A model generated the notes under the pieces. It did not search any database. It saw only the letters and a program-made list of their open reading frames with translations, and was not told the origin of the DNA. From contig JBAZKV010000002.1 in NCBI GenBank assembly GCA_041650635.1, forward strand, positions 47,844 through 111,843: a DNA stretch of 64,000 bases. The letters are read 5' to 3'. A program made the position numbers and the translations under genes. Below, piece by piece: positions 20,615 through 32,475 of this stretch (positions are counted from its first letter, which is position 1; each line of letters opens with the position of its first letter). This DNA comes from Candidatus Margulisiibacteriota bacterium (GTDB taxonomy: Bacteria > Margulisbacteria > WOR-1 > JAKLHX01 > JBAZKV01).

Positions 20615-21078
20615 TACTGACTTACCCGCGCATGTTTTTGCATGCTCTTTCCTATGATATAAGCCGCGACTATCGTGGCCACGCCCAGATTTATACAGAC
20701 ATCCGCAAGATTGAAAACAGGAAAGAACCTGAAATCTATCATGTCAACCACAAATCCCCTGAAGACCCTGTCAATAATATTGCCCGCGCTCCCGGAGAGC
20801 ACAAGGATAAGTCCAACCCTGTAATAGACCTTTTCCTGAGGAATCCGCCTCATCGCATACAGGAGGAACAGCGCCGCTAAAGCCGCTGCCCCTATCAGCA
20901 GAGCATTGCTTCCCTGGAACATCCCGAAAGCAGCTCCCGTATTCCTTACATAGGTGAGATGAAGAATATTTTGCACAAGGGGAAAGCTCTGGCCGGGCTT
21001 CATTAGTGCCAGAACAAGGGCTTTTGCGGTCTGATCGGCAAGGATCGCCAGCGCCGCAATAAGATAATACGGCCTCAT
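20614..21078 (-). CDS. lspA: Lipoprotein signal peptidase II
   Basis: DQTAK, NTGAAFG, GNIIDR, VVDMIDF, PVFNLAD. Confidence 0.95.
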   Translation of the reverse strand: MRPYYLIAALAILADQTAKALVLALMKPGQSFPLVQNILHLTYVRNTGAAFGMFQGSNALLIGAAALAALFLLYAMRRIPQEKVYYRVGLILVLSGSAGNIIDRVFRGFVVDMIDFRFFPVFNLADVCINLGVATIVAAYIIGKSMQKHARVSQ

Positions 21079-21353
21079 CATCTATTGACCGCGGCATTGA
21101 CAAATTCAACCAGCTGAGCTATGTAGGCGCCGAGTATTGGGACCTGAACGAATGATTTTAAAAGGTTTATCAGTATAAAAACCACAAGAGCGAAAACAGC
21201 GGTCATTCCCACCGCTGTTCCAAGACCTCTGGCGGTCCCGGCAAGAAAATTCATCCAGAAAAGCTTCCAAGGCCGGTTAAGAAGTTCAACATATCCGGCA
21301 AAATTAGCTTTTTCCAACTGTCTTGCCACCCTATCCATAATTTTGTCTTCCAT
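21078..21353 (-). CDS. DUF5665-like small membrane protein
   Basis: NFLAGTARGLGTAVG, PILGAYIA. Confidence 0.75.
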   Translation of the reverse strand: MEDKIMDRVARQLEKANFAGYVELLNRPWKLFWMNFLAGTARGLGTAVGMTAVFALVVFILINLLKSFVQVPILGAYIAQLVEFVNAAVNR

Positions 21354-21355
21354 GT

Positions 21356-22759
21356 TCAGTACCTGTAGTGTTCCGGCTTAAAAGGGCCTTCTACCGGGAC
21401 CCCTATGTAGTCGGCCTGTTCCTTGGACATCCTGGTCATTTTTACGCCGATCTTTTCCAGATGCAGGCGGGCAACCTCTTCGTCAAGCCTTTTTGGAAGC
21501 CTGTAGACCCCGACTTTGTATTTACCCCTGTTCTTCCACAGGTCTATCTGCGCCAGCACCTGGTTGGTGAAAGAGTTGGACATGACAAAGGAAGGATGCC
21601 CCGTGGCGCATCCCAGGTTTACCAACCTTCCTTCAGCAAGCAGAAAGAGCTCTTTGCCGTCAGGAAAAATGTATTTGTCCACCTGAGGCTTGATGTTGAC
21701 CTTCTTGATGCCCTTATATGCTTCCAGTTCTGCCACCTGTATCTCGTGGTCAAAATGCCCGATATTGCAGATGATGGCCTGGTCCTTCATTCTTTTCATG
21801 TGCTCTATGGTTATCACATCGCGGTTGCCCGTGGCCGTAACATAGATATCCGCTGTCCCCAGGGTATCTTCCACCGTCGTAACCTCATATCCTTCCATTG
21901 CAGCCTGCAGAGCGCAGATAGGATCGATCTCCGTCACTATTACCCTTGCGCCAAGGCCTCGTAGGGACTGGCAGGAGCCCTTACCGACATCCCCGTAGCC
22001 GCATATAACAGCCACCTTTCCGGCAAACATCACATCCATAGCCCTCTTTAGGCCGTCTCCGAGAGACTCCCTGCATCCGTATAGATTATCGAATTTCGAT
22101 TTGGTCACCGAATCGTTGACATTTATTGACGGGACCAGCAGTTCTCCTTTTTCAAGCATCTGATAAAGCCTGTGTACTCCTGTGGTGGTTTCCTCGGATA
22201 CTCCGACCCATTCTTTTACTGCGCCGGACCATTTACCGGGAGATGAGCTTTGAATGCGTTTCAGCGCTTTTTTCAGCTCTGCCTCATCCTCGCTTGACGA
22301 TGGCATATCAAGAATGGAGGGGTCTTTTTCTGCGGCATAGCCTTTGTGCATCATAAGGTTGGCATCTCCGCCGTCATCCACTATAAGCTGCGGCCCCTTG
22401 CCCCCGGGAAAAGTAAGGGCCTGTTCGGTACACCACCAGAAGTCTTCCAGGGTCTCCCCCTTCCAGGCAAAGACAGGCACGCCGTTCTTTGCTATAACAG
22501 CGGCCGCGTGGTCCTGTGTAGAGTAGATGTTACAGCTTGCCCATCTTACATCCGCGCCGAGAGCCGTAAGGGTCTCTATCAGAACGGCTGTCTGGATGGT
22601 CATGTGCAGCGAACCCATAATGCGCACGCCCTTGAGCGGTTTTTTGGGCGCGTATTCCTGCCGGATAGACATCAGACCGGGCATTTCGTGCTCTGCTATT
22701 TCAACCTCCCGCCTTCCAAAATCCGCCAGGCCAATGTCTTTTATCTTGTAATCCGCCAT
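21356..22759 (-). CDS. ahcY: Adenosylhomocysteinase
   Basis: Start MADYKIKD with GAGGAGG SD; [38 protein letters not shown]. Confidence 0.97.
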   Translation of the reverse strand: MADYKIKDIGLADFGRREVEIAEHEMPGLMSIRQEYAPKKPLKGVRIMGSLHMTIQTAVLIETLTALGADVRWASCNIYSTQDHAAAVIAKNGVPVFAWKGETLEDFWWCTEQALTFPGGKGPQLIVDDGGDANLMMHKGYAAEKDPSILDMPSSSEDEAELKKALKRIQSSSPGKWSGAVKEWVGVSEETTTGVHRLYQMLEKGELLVPSINVNDSVTKSKFDNLYGCRESLGDGLKRAMDVMFAGKVAVICGYGDVGKGSCQSLRGLGARVIVTEIDPICALQAAMEGYEVTTVEDTLGTADIYVTATGNRDVITIEHMKRMKDQAIICNIGHFDHEIQVAELEAYKGIKKVNIKPQVDKYIFPDGKELFLLAEGRLVNLGCATGHPSFVMSNSFTNQVLAQIDLWKNRGKYKVGVYRLPKRLDEEVARLHLEKIGVKMTRMSKEQADYIGVPVEGPFKPEHYRY

Positions 22760-22770
22760 TTTCCCTCCTC

Positions 22771-25455
22771 TTATTTTACGGCTTCCTGGCACCTTAAGCA
22801 GATGCCGCCTTCTCCTACCCCGTTTACATAGCGCCAGCACCTCTGGCATTTTTTGCTCTGAGTCGGGACCGCAGACACAGAAAAGCTTTCTCCCTCCCGA
22901 AGCGATACCGAAGAAACCAGGAATATGTCGGCAAGCTCCATCTCAACTTCTCTCAGCGGCCGCAGGTCTTTTTCCGCTCCGCTTACCATTATATCGCATT
23001 GAAGGAACTGGCTGACTTTTTTCTGAGCCCTCAGTTCTTCCACTTCCTTATAAGCCTTTGCACGCACCTCAAGAACCTTTTCCCATCTTTCTTCAAGTGC
23101 CGTATCAAGCCAGCCCGGCTCAACCTCCGGAAAGACCTGGTCTGTGCCGTCTTTGCCGCGGGCAAGAAGAAGGTCCTGCGCGGTAAAACCAAGTATCGGG
23201 GACATCATGGACACCATGGAATCCAGGATCTTTTCCATAACATACTGACAGGAGATCCTTCTCTTGGAATCCCTGCTGTCGCAATAGAGCCGGTCCTTTA
23301 CAATGTCAAGATAAAAGGTCGACAGGTCACTGACGCAGTAATCATAGAGAGTATGGTAAACGATGTGGAGCTCAAATTCCTCGTAGGCCTTCTCCACTCT
23401 CTTTATGACCTGTGCAAGACGCAACAAAGCGTATCTGTCCAGTTGGGTCAGTTCTACTTTGTCTGATACCGGATGAGGCGGAAGGTTGCTCAAAAGGAAC
23501 CTGCAGGTGTTCCTTATCTTTTTAAAGCCTTCGTTTATCTGTCTTAGAATGTTCTTTGAAACGGCCATGTCATTGCGGAAATCGGTCGAGGCCACCCACA
23601 GGCGCAGAACATCCGCGCCGTACTCATCTACCACTTTTTGGGGGTCGACCACATTGCCCAGAGATTTGCTCATCTTTTTGCCTTTTTCGTCTATCGTAAA
23701 TCCGTGGGTTAGGACGGATCTAAAGGCGGCTTCCTTAAAACCTGCCACCGAGGTAAGTATCGAGGTCTGGAACCAGCCTCTGTGCTGGTCTGAGCCCTCC
23801 AGATACAGGTCAGCAGGCCAGGAAAGCTCTTTTGAACCCTTTAGCACGGAATAATGTGAGGACCCTGATTCCAGCCAAACATCCATAATGTCGGTTTCCT
23901 TTGTGAACTCTTGGCCGCCGCATTTTTCGCATTTGGTCCCTTTGGGAAGGATCTCTTCGGGGCTTTTATCGAACCAGGCATCGCTACCCAGCTTCTTCAT
24001 CAGTTCTGCCGCGGCTTTGTTAAAAGCTCCTTTAAAGTTCGGGGAGCCGCAGCCCTTGCAATAAAAGGCCGGTATCGGAATGCCCCAGGATCTCTGCCTT
24101 GAGATACACCAATCCGGGCGGGATTCCACCATTGCCCTTATCCTGTTCTGCCCCCAGCCGGGGATCCAGGTGATCTTTTTTATCTGCTCAAGCACGCGGT
24201 CCCTTAAGCGGTCGTGGTCGACAGCGATGAACCACTGTTCGGTGGCGCGGAAGATGACAGGCTTTTTGCATCTCCAGCAGTGCGGATACGGGTGTTTTAG
24301 CGTTTCATTCCCAAGCAAAGCGCCTCTTTCACTAAGCAGGTCTATTATCGGCTGGTTTGCTTTCCAAACACTGACCCCGGTAAATTGAGGGACTTCTTCG
24401 GTAAAGCGCCCCTTTTCGTCAACCGGCATAATAATAGGAAGTTTGTATTTGAGCCCCACCTTGTAGTCTTCGTCCCCGTGCCCTGGAGCTATATGGACGC
24501 AGCCTGTGCCTGTTTCAAGGGTAACGAACTGGTCAAGGACCACTTTTGAATCCCTGTCAATGAACGGATGCCGGCAGACGATCCCTTCCAACTCCGAGCC
24601 TTTGTACTTTTTGACAACTTCATAACTGCTCCAACCCATCTTTTTGGCAGCGGACTCAAGCAGCTGCGATGCCACTATAAAATTGCTGCCGCCGGTCCTG
24701 ATCTCGCTGTATTCGTACTCCGGGTGCACCGCTATGGCCACATTGGACGGAAGCGTCCACGGGGTCGTGGTCCAGATCACGAATTTGTCAAACTTGACAA
24801 AGATCGCGTGGGAATCATCCTCCTCATATTCTATTTCGGCTTCTGCCAGAGCAGTCTCGCAATTGGGGCACCAGTGTATAGGTTTAAGCGCTTTGTAGAT
24901 ATAGCCTTTGTCCGCAAGTTTTCCGAATAGTTCCACGACACCGGCTTCATATCCGGGGTTTAGAGTAAGATAAGGGTTGTTCCACTCGGCACGGATCCCC
25001 AGCCTTTTGAACTCCTTTTTCTGGAGCTCTACATATTTGAGAGCGTACTGCCTGCACTTCTGGCGGAACTCTATAGTGGACAGGGTCGATCTTCTGACAG
25101 AGAGCTCTTTTAAAAGCTGGGTTTCTATCGGAAGCCCGTGGCAGTCCCAGCCGGGAACAAAAGGCGAATCAAATCCGCGCATCGTCTTGTATTTGACAAC
25201 AATGTCCTTGAGTATCTTGTTGAGAGCATGGCCCAGGTGAATATCGCCGTTGGGGTACGGAGGTCCGTCATGAAGAATGAACTTCTTCCTTGCTTCTTGA
25301 CCCTTACCCTGAGCGAGCGGCTTGTGCCGAGCGGAATCGAGGCAAGCGAGTCGAAGGGCTTCCCATAAGGCAAGTATCTCCGGCTCCCTGGTCTTATGGT
25401 CATACTTGATGGGGAAATCCGTCTGGGGAAGGTTCAAAGTATCTTTATAAGCCAT
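22771..25455 (-). CDS. ileS: Isoleucine--tRNA ligase
   Basis: [34 protein letters not shown]-terminal Zn finger. Confidence 0.97.
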   Translation of the reverse strand: MAYKDTLNLPQTDFPIKYDHKTREPEILALWEALRLACLDSARHKPLAQGKGQEARKKFILHDGPPYPNGDIHLGHALNKILKDIVVKYKTMRGFDSPFVPGWDCHGLPIETQLLKELSVRRSTLSTIEFRQKCRQYALKYVELQKKEFKRLGIRAEWNNPYLTLNPGYEAGVVELFGKLADKGYIYKALKPIHWCPNCETALAEAEIEYEEDDSHAIFVKFDKFVIWTTTPWTLPSNVAIAVHPEYEYSEIRTGGSNFIVASQLLESAAKKMGWSSYEVVKKYKGSELEGIVCRHPFIDRDSKVVLDQFVTLETGTGCVHIAPGHGDEDYKVGLKYKLPIIMPVDEKGRFTEEVPQFTGVSVWKANQPIIDLLSERGALLGNETLKHPYPHCWRCKKPVIFRATEQWFIAVDHDRLRDRVLEQIKKITWIPGWGQNRIRAMVESRPDWCISRQRSWGIPIPAFYCKGCGSPNFKGAFNKAAAELMKKLGSDAWFDKSPEEILPKGTKCEKCGGQEFTKETDIMDVWLESGSSHYSVLKGSKELSWPADLYLEGSDQHRGWFQTSILTSVAGFKEAAFRSVLTHGFTIDEKGKKMSKSLGNVVDPQKVVDEYGADVLRLWVASTDFRNDMAVSKNILRQINEGFKKIRNTCRFLLSNLPPHPVSDKVELTQLDRYALLRLAQVIKRVEKAYEEFELHIVYHTLYDYCVSDLSTFYLDIVKDRLYCDSRDSKRRISCQYVMEKILDSMVSMMSPILGFTAQDLLLARGKDGTDQVFPEVEPGWLDTALEERWEKVLEVRAKAYKEVEELRAQKKVSQFLQCDIMVSGAEKDLRPLREVEMELADIFLVSSVSLREGESFSVSAVPTQSKKCQRCWRYVNGVGEGGICLRCQEAVK
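25304..25358 (+). repeat. Family-1 nested hairpin repeat, in frame within ileS
   Basis: ttaccctgagcgagcggc ttgtgccgagcggaatcgaggcaa gcgagtcgaaggg. Confidence 0.8.
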
Positions 25456-25613
25456 GCAAAAATTATAACATAGATATATATACTACATCTTCTTCATGAA
25501 CCGCTACCCTCCCGGGCATTATTCACCGCAAAAATGGTATTTAGCGTCAAATTTAACGATAATTATTTGTAGGGGGGTCTGGACTAAAAATATACTTGGA
25601 GAAGGATAATACG

Positions 25614-27329
25614 ATGAGATTAGAGCAAGGTCTGCAGATCGGCGGACAGTCAAAAGCAGGATCAGCAAGGCTCAAAGTTGTGGAGCGCGATCCCAGGACT
25701 GTTCAGGGTTCAGAAAGACCTTTGGAAAGCGGGCCGTCTGCGGTTGAGCGTTTAGAACAAAGGCCCAAAGTGACGGATTTTTCTCAGGATGATATCGACA
25801 GGACCGCATATTTTGAGGGATTCCCTCCTGAAGATTACCGTATTATAGCCAGAATTACCCGGGATATTCTAAGGGAATCCGATCTCAGCCGCTTCAAGAC
25901 TTCTAAAGAACTGTCTGCATTTATGAAAGAAGAGCTGCTTAAAAGACTTGAGGGCTATCCACAAGTAAAAGACATATTCCAGAGGCATCTTGCCCGTCCC
26001 GAAATGGCTGGGCTGGTTGCGGAAAAGAGAACACAGCTTCTTGATTATACGTTTTCAGGTATGAGCAGGGAAGACCGCGCAGCATTGATGAAGCCGATAG
26101 AGGACGCGATCAATAAGGCCGTGGGGGCAGGCACGCCTTTAGAAAAAGCGTTGGTTTCCTATGATGTGCAAAAGGCCTATTTTGACATGGAAAAGATCTT
26201 ACAAAACATCCCCCTATATAAAGACGCTCTGGCCGAATTGCTTTCAAAGGATAAACTGTTTGAAGAGATATTCGCCTTCCAGGAGGGTTTCAGGGCGCGG
26301 GAAATGGCACAGGGTCCTGTGGGCAGACCCATTATCTCCGCCTTAGTATATTCATATACGGATGACAAAGATAGCAAGGAAGCTCTTGGCAAACTGGGGA
26401 TCGACACAAAACGTCTTGGCAGAGAACAAGCTAGAAGACTGGCAGTTTTAGGAGGTTTGGAACAGGATGAAGCGTCCGCCATGTTAAACGGCCTTAAGGA
26501 CATTAGATCCAGCAAAGCGTATGTGGTCAGCCTGGATGTTAAAAGCGGCATAGAGGCTCACCTTGCTGAAAAGCCGTTAGCTTTGGCCGCCTATAAAAAA
26601 ATGCTGGAGAATACCAGGCCGATCCCGGAGCTTGGCAGGATAACCTATAAGAGGATGCTGGACACCCAGATAGAGATGCTTCACGCTCTGCCGGACGGAG
26701 AAGAAAAACAGGCCGCCATCAGGCACTGTGAAGAAAGCCTGGAGGCTTTGAAAGCGGTGCCGGACAAAGAAGTGGGTATGTCTCTGGTGCAAGCCGCATA
26801 TATAGAACTTAAGGAGCTTGAGGAAGGGGCCCGCAGGGTACTGTCAAGTACTGACAACAAATATAGAGAAATGGTCGCGACTTATGAGGATGTAAAGTCC
26901 CTTTATGCCCAGAAGCTTTTCTGCGACTGTATAAGAGACCCTCAGACTAAAGAGGCCATAGGCGCAATGGAATGGGATGCCGATAAGATGAGCTTTCTTT
27001 CTCCAGAGGATTTGATGTCCGCTATTTCCGCAAAACTTGGTTCTGCAGAACTGTCAAGGGACCAGAAACAGCGGCTTAATTACCTTTTGGCTTTATGTTT
27101 CGAAGAAGCGGGCAAAGTCCAGGAGGTCGGAGCTTTTCAAAGTAAAATAGGCATGTATGAAATTGGATTCAGGAACGAATTGTATAGAAGTATGAGGGCA
27201 GAGATCGCAAAAAGGCCGTATGGTGCAAGCCTTGTCGCCATCTGCGACTCGCTGATTGATGTTGAACTCAAAGAACTAAATGAATTGTTCCAGCCCCCTA
27301 AAACAAACGAACAGATCCTGTCGGTTTAA
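25614..27329 (+). CDS. Hypothetical alpha-helical protein
   Basis: Long ORF; likely start MRLEQ after a GGAGAAGGA SD; no family recognised. Confidence 0.7.
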   Translation: MRLEQGLQIGGQSKAGSARLKVVERDPRTVQGSERPLESGPSAVERLEQRPKVTDFSQDDIDRTAYFEGFPPEDYRIIARITRDILRESDLSRFKTSKELSAFMKEELLKRLEGYPQVKDIFQRHLARPEMAGLVAEKRTQLLDYTFSGMSREDRAALMKPIEDAINKAVGAGTPLEKALVSYDVQKAYFDMEKILQNIPLYKDALAELLSKDKLFEEIFAFQEGFRAREMAQGPVGRPIISALVYSYTDDKDSKEALGKLGIDTKRLGREQARRLAVLGGLEQDEASAMLNGLKDIRSSKAYVVSLDVKSGIEAHLAEKPLALAAYKKMLENTRPIPELGRITYKRMLDTQIEMLHALPDGEEKQAAIRHCEESLEALKAVPDKEVGMSLVQAAYIELKELEEGARRVLSSTDNKYREMVATYEDVKSLYAQKLFCDCIRDPQTKEAIGAMEWDADKMSFLSPEDLMSAISAKLGSAELSRDQKQRLNYLLALCFEEAGKVQEVGAFQSKIGMYEIGFRNELYRSMRAEIAKRPYGASLVAICDSLIDVELKELNELFQPPKTNEQILSV

Positions 27330-27336
27330 CAGCCTT

Positions 27337-29844
27337 TCAGGCCAGCATCTGCCCGTGGACCGAAGGGGGGTCGATTTCGTGCCTTCTTGCCTTTGACGGC
27401 CTTTCTTCTTCTTTTTCGCTTTCAAAGGAGATGTTAAGCTCGCTCCTTACCTGGTCCTCCTTGTGTTCCAGTATCCCTTTTGGCACCTTGGTCAAAGCGG
27501 TTTTGAGAACATCGTCCATGTGCTTTGCCGGTACAAAGTCCATCTTAAGGTCGCCTTTGAACTGCTTTTTTATCTCTTCAAGGTCTTTGGTGTTCTCGCA
27601 AGGAAAAACCACCGTTTTTATCCCGGCTCTTTTTGCCGCCAGGAGTTTTTCTTTTAACCCTCCTATCGGAAGGACCCTTCCGCGCAGAGTTATCTCCCCG
27701 GTCATGGCCACCTCTCTTTTGACGGGGATCCCGGTAAGAGCCGAAGTAAGCGCGGTTGCCATGGTGATGCCGGCGGACGGACCGTCTTTGGGGACCGCGC
27801 CTTCCGGCACATGCACATGTATGTCAACTTTTCTGTAAAAATTCTCTTCAAGCCCGAGAGCGCTGGCCCTGGACCGCACAAAGCTCATCGCGGCCTTTGC
27901 GCTCTCCTGCATCACATCGCCCAGCATTCCCGTAAGTGTCAGGCTGCCCTTGCCGTTCATAACGGTGACCTCTATCGGTATCGTGTCCCCTCCCACTTCG
28001 GTCCACACCAGCCCGGTAACCGCACCCACCTGGTCCTTTTCTTCGGCAATGCCGAAGGAATGCCTGGAGGGCCCCAGATATTCTTTTAGGTCCTCCGGCT
28101 TGATGTGTTTTGCTTCGTCCTTTTTTCTCTTTACCATTGCGGTGGCTGCCTTGCGCAGGACCGTATCGATCGTCCTTTCCAGATTCCTGACACCGGCCTC
28201 CCTTGTATACTCGCGTATTATCTTGAGAAGGGTCTTGTCCTCAAAACTGATGAGGTCTTTAGAAAGACCGTGCTTCCCCAGGGCTTTGGGCAGCAAGTGG
28301 TCCTTGGCTATGCCGAGTTTTTCCTCTTCTGTATAGCCGCTCATCTCTATTATCTCCATCCTGTCGCGCAGCGGCCTGGGGATGGGCTCTATCGTGTTGG
28401 CCGTGGTAATAAAGAACACATCCGACAGGTCAAAGGCCACTTCAAGATAGTGGTCAGAAAACTCTTTGTTCTGCTCGGGATCAAGCACTTCCAGTAGCGC
28501 TGCGGCAGGGTCTCCCCTGAAATCATTGCCCAGTTTGTCAATTTCGTCCAGAAGAAAAACAGGGTTATTTACCTTTACCTTTGCAACGGACTGGATTATC
28601 CTTCCCGGCATGGAACCCACATAGGTCCTGCGGTGGCCCCTTATCTCGGCCTCGTCCCTGACACCGCCCAAAGAAATGCGGGCGAACTTTCTCCCTATGG
28701 CCCTTGCTATCGATTTTCCCACTGATGTCTTGCCGACCCCCGGAGGCCCCGCCAGACAAAGAATGGTGCCGGCCATCTTTCCCGTACGCTCCAACACGGC
28801 AAAATATTCAAGGATCCTCTCTTTTACCTTGTCCAGGCCAAAATGATCTTCGTTAAGTATCTTTTCAACTTCAGCGATATCGATCCTGCTTTTTGTCTTC
28901 TTCTTCCACGGCAGGTCTATTATCCAGTCAAGGTATGTGCGGATGACGGTTGCCTCGGCCACCATTGAGGGCATCTTGGAAAGCCTCTCGAGTTCTTTTT
29001 TTGCCTTTTCTTTTACCTCATCCGGCAGTTTTGCGGCCTCCAGCTTTTTCCTGTACTCCCCTATCTCGGGCGAGGCGTCCTCGTCCTCAACCCCCAGTTC
29101 GTCCTGGATCGCCTTGAGTTTTTCTTTAAGATAATATTCTTTCTGGACCCTGTCTATCTGCTTCTTCACCTTGCCCTGAAGTTTTTTTTCTACCTCAAGC
29201 ACCTCTATCTCTTTTGCGAGCATTTCGGAAAGCTTTTTCAACCTCTTGATCACAGGCACCGCTTCAAGGATCTGCTGCTTTTCTTCCACCTTTAAGGTCA
29301 GATACGATGCCACCAGGTCAGCCAGACGGCCGGGGTTTTCCACATTGATTATGGACATCAGGGTTTCAGAAGGTATACGCTTGTTCAATTTTACATAGTT
29401 CTCAAAATTCTTTATCACCACCCGGACCAGCGCTTCTATTTCGACAGAAACATCCGTTTCTTCGGGCAGGCGCGATATCTTGACCTTGTAGTACGGGTCG
29501 TCCTGCGTAAAATCCTCTATCTTTACTCTTGCGACCCCCTCAACAAGCACTTTTGTGGTGCCATCGGGAAGTGCCACCATCTGGACCACCTCAGCCAGGG
29601 TACCTATAGAGCAGATATCCTTCGGGGATGGTTCTTCTATATCTTCGGACCTCTGCGATGCGAACACAATAAGGCGTTCCTTTTCTATCGTGTCCTCGAG
29701 CGCCTTTACGGATTTGCTGCGGCCTATAAAGAGAGGGACTATCATCTGGGGAAAGACCACCATGTTCCGGAGCGGGATGAGAGGAAGTTCGTCCTTCCAC
29801 TCTACCGGGGGCTTGGCTGGAGGGGTTTTTTCGGCCTTTTCCAT
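27337..29844 (-). CDS. lon: ATP-dependent protease La
   Basis: LON N-domain, [25 protein letters not shown]. Confidence 0.97.
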   Translation of the reverse strand: MEKAEKTPPAKPPVEWKDELPLIPLRNMVVFPQMIVPLFIGRSKSVKALEDTIEKERLIVFASQRSEDIEEPSPKDICSIGTLAEVVQMVALPDGTTKVLVEGVARVKIEDFTQDDPYYKVKISRLPEETDVSVEIEALVRVVIKNFENYVKLNKRIPSETLMSIINVENPGRLADLVASYLTLKVEEKQQILEAVPVIKRLKKLSEMLAKEIEVLEVEKKLQGKVKKQIDRVQKEYYLKEKLKAIQDELGVEDEDASPEIGEYRKKLEAAKLPDEVKEKAKKELERLSKMPSMVAEATVIRTYLDWIIDLPWKKKTKSRIDIAEVEKILNEDHFGLDKVKERILEYFAVLERTGKMAGTILCLAGPPGVGKTSVGKSIARAIGRKFARISLGGVRDEAEIRGHRRTYVGSMPGRIIQSVAKVKVNNPVFLLDEIDKLGNDFRGDPAAALLEVLDPEQNKEFSDHYLEVAFDLSDVFFITTANTIEPIPRPLRDRMEIIEMSGYTEEEKLGIAKDHLLPKALGKHGLSKDLISFEDKTLLKIIREYTREAGVRNLERTIDTVLRKAATAMVKRKKDEAKHIKPEDLKEYLGPSRHSFGIAEEKDQVGAVTGLVWTEVGGDTIPIEVTVMNGKGSLTLTGMLGDVMQESAKAAMSFVRSRASALGLEENFYRKVDIHVHVPEGAVPKDGPSAGITMATALTSALTGIPVKREVAMTGEITLRGRVLPIGGLKEKLLAAKRAGIKTVVFPCENTKDLEEIKKQFKGDLKMDFVPAKHMDDVLKTALTKVPKGILEHKEDQVRSELNISFESEKEEERPSKARRHEIDPPSVHGQMLA

Positions 29845-30464
29845 TATTTTTTGCCTTTTACGGTATCCGCAGTTCTTTTAATTTTGCCCGCTTCAAGGAC
29901 TTCGTCTATCAGGCCGTACTTGACCGCTTCTGCCGGGGACATGTAGAAGTCCCTGTCTGTATCTTTTGCTATCTTTTCTATGCTCTGGCCTGTATGTTTG
30001 GCAAGGATAGCATTGAGAAGGCCTTTTATCTTGATTATTTCCTGCGCCTGTATCTCGATGTCGGTTGCCTGCCCCTGGGCGCCTCCAAGCGGCTGATGGA
30101 TCAGGACCCTTGAATTGGGAAGGGCAAACCTTTTGCCTTTGTTGCCCGCCGCAAGAAGCAGAGCACCCATGCTGGCCGCCTGCCCCACACAGATGGTAGA
30201 AATCGGCATCTGCACATACTGCATGGTGTCATAGATCGCCAGCCCTGCCGTCACGACCCCTCCGGGAGAGTTTATGTAAATGTAAGCCTCTTTGTCCCTG
30301 TCCTCTGCCTGAAGGAACAGTATCTGGGCGATTATCAGGTTGGCAATGTCATCGTCTATGGCGCCCCCGATAAAGATTATCCTTTCCTTTAGAAGCCTGG
30401 AATAGATGTCGTAGGCTCGCTCTCCTTTTGAGGTCTGTTCTATGACCATTGGAAGGACCGTCAT
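29844..30464 (-). CDS. clpP: Clp protease proteolytic subunit
   Basis: [27 protein letters not shown]. Confidence 0.97.
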   Translation of the reverse strand: MTVLPMVIEQTSKGERAYDIYSRLLKERIIFIGGAIDDDIANLIIAQILFLQAEDRDKEAYIYINSPGGVVTAGLAIYDTMQYVQMPISTICVGQAASMGALLLAAGNKGKRFALPNSRVLIHQPLGGAQGQATDIEIQAQEIIKIKGLLNAILAKHTGQSIEKIAKDTDRDFYMSPAEAVKYGLIDEVLEAGKIKRTADTVKGKK

Positions 30465-30482
30465 GACTTGCTCCTTTCGAGG

Positions 30483-31763
30483 CTATTTTATCTTAGCATC
30501 CCTGACTATAATGTCCATAGCTTTTCTTCTAAGCAAATGGTCTTTGATATAGTCCCTTACAGCGGGGTTGGAACTGTAGTCCTGCAATTGGGCTCCGGAT
30601 TCCAGAGCCGCGGCTTCTATCTCTTTCTGGAGCTCTTCTTCGCTCACTTCTACGCTTTCGGCCCCGGCTATTGCGCGAAGCACCAATTTGGCTTTGGCCC
30701 TTGAGGAAGCCCCCTGAAAAAGCTGGGACCTGAAAGCTGTCATGTCGATCTTTCTGCTGGCAAGATAGCCCTCCAGCGTCAGACCTGACCTTTCCAGATT
30801 GGCTCTGGTCTCATCCGCCATAGAATCGATCTCCCTCTCCACGATGGAGCGCGGGATATCGACTTTGCTTTCCGAGGAAACAGCCTCGAGCAGAGCGTCT
30901 TTAAGCCTTGCGTCCTCTTCCAGTCTTGCGGACTCTTCAAATCTCCTGCGCAGATCGCCCCGGTACTCTTCCACGGTCTTAAAAGAACTTATCTTGGAAA
31001 CATATTCATCATTAAAGTCCGGCAAATTCCTTTCGATGAGTTTATTCAGCGACACTTTAAAATCCGCCCTCTTGCCGGCGAACCTGGGAATAAAATAGTC
31101 CTGCGGCAGGTCAACGGAGAACTCTTTGGAAGAACCTATTTCCATTCCGTAAATGTTCTTGTCAAAATCCGGTGCTATCCGGTTGTCGCCCAAAAGTACG
31201 GGCAGGGACCTCTGGCTTAGGTCTTCCTCCTGCTTTCCCTCACAGGAGCCTTCTATGTCGAGTTCGGCTATGTCGCCTTCACGGGCTGCCCTGTCCCCGA
31301 CTTCTTTAAGCTGGGCGCTTTGCTCAAGAATGGACTTGATATACGCATCAAGGTCTTTTTCCTCGATAGTTCTTTCTTTCTTTTCCGCCTTAAGCCCTTT
31401 GTATTTGCCAAGTGTAACTTCCGGTTCAACATCCACTTCAACACCTAAAAGACAGGACTCTTCGTCCTTGACAGAGACAACCTTATAAGAAGGATAATCC
31501 ACAGGACGGAGTCCTGTTTCCTTGAGGATAGCGGGATATGCTTCCTGCATTATGAAATCCGCGGCCCTGTCGTTGATCGCGCTCTTGTCGAACTGCTTCT
31601 CCAGCATCGACTTGGGGGCCTTGCCGGGCCTGAACCCGGGTATCTTTACGCTGCGCGCGGCCTCTTTATAGACCTTATCAACCGCCTGCAGATATTCTTT
31701 ATAATCCACCTCGAACTCAAGTGATACCCTGCTGCCGTTCTTTTCCTGCTTGACGATTTTCAA
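30483..31763 (-). CDS. tig: Trigger factor
   Basis: IPGFRPGKAP; start reassigned to TTG at 31763 with an AGGAG SD. Confidence 0.92.
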   Translation of the reverse strand: MKIVKQEKNGSRVSLEFEVDYKEYLQAVDKVYKEAARSVKIPGFRPGKAPKSMLEKQFDKSAINDRAADFIMQEAYPAILKETGLRPVDYPSYKVVSVKDEESCLLGVEVDVEPEVTLGKYKGLKAEKKERTIEEKDLDAYIKSILEQSAQLKEVGDRAAREGDIAELDIEGSCEGKQEEDLSQRSLPVLLGDNRIAPDFDKNIYGMEIGSSKEFSVDLPQDYFIPRFAGKRADFKVSLNKLIERNLPDFNDEYVSKISSFKTVEEYRGDLRRRFEESARLEEDARLKDALLEAVSSESKVDIPRSIVEREIDSMADETRANLERSGLTLEGYLASRKIDMTAFRSQLFQGASSRAKAKLVLRAIAGAESVEVSEEELQKEIEAAALESGAQLQDYSSNPAVRDYIKDHLLRRKAMDIIVRDAKIK

Positions 31764-31783
31764 AAGCCTCTCCTTTATAAAAA

Positions 31784-31814
31784 AAGCGGGAGAAGGGACT
31801 TGAACCCTCGACCT
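31784..31814. repeat. 31-bp duplicate of the tRNA-Gly 3' end (att-like)
   Basis: aagcgggagaagggacttgaaccctcgacct, identical to 31979-32009. Confidence 0.9.
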
Positions 31815-31979
31815 CGCTTCGCTCTCCATAGGGGCTCCGCCCCTCTGGCGGCCCTCGGCAAGCTCGGGCCTGTCACCCCTTAAGGGAAACTCCCGTTTCC
31901 CTTAACAACCCTTCCCAGGTCGAGATAACATTGCTCTTTATCCGGCCATAATCCATCAGCCTTAGGCCTTAAGCCAATA

Positions 31980-32050
<71 letters not shown>

Positions 32051-32051
<1 letters not shown>

Positions 32052-32093
32052 TTGTCCTGAGCGAACGAAGTGAGTCGAAGGACACCTCGACTC
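32051..32093 (+). repeat. Family-1 hairpin repeat
   Basis: cttgtcctgagcgaacgaagtgagtcgaaggacacctcgactc; near-identical to 61711-61753. Confidence 0.85.
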
Positions 32094-32193
32094 TCATTCA
32101 ACTCTCTTATCTGGATTATAGCAAAAAGGAGAGAGGGCTTCAATAAAGCCCTGCGTGTTATATAATGGAGACAATAAAAAGGGGGAAAACATC

Positions 32194-32475
32194 ATGATAG
32201 ATTATACGGTGGTTGAAGGCAAAGAAAAAGCGGATGTCACACTGTATGCTCTAAGCACCTGCGGCTGGTGCCTCAAGACAAAAAAACTGCTTAACTCGCT
32301 CGGGATCAAGTACAGATATGTGTATGTTGATAAGCTTGACGAAAAAGAAAGTACAGAGGCGGCAAAAGAGATATTAAAATGGAATCCGGACGAGTCCTTC
32401 CCTACCCTTGTCATAGACAACAGCAGCTGCATACTCGGTTTTGACGAAGAAAAGATCAAGGAAAAACTGGGATGA
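32194..32475 (+). CDS. Glutaredoxin family protein
   Basis: LYALSTCGWC, SFPTLV, LGFDE; start MIDY after a GGGGG SD. Confidence 0.9.
   Translation: MIDYTVVEGKEKADVTLYALSTCGWCLKTKKLLNSLGIKYRYVYVDKLDEKESTEAAKEILKWNPDESFPTLVIDNSSCILGFDEEKIKEKLG

Noticed and set aside
22760-22790. SAH or SAM riboswitch before ahcY
   Set aside because: The intergenic gap is only 11 nt, and ahcY appears co-transcribed with ileS.
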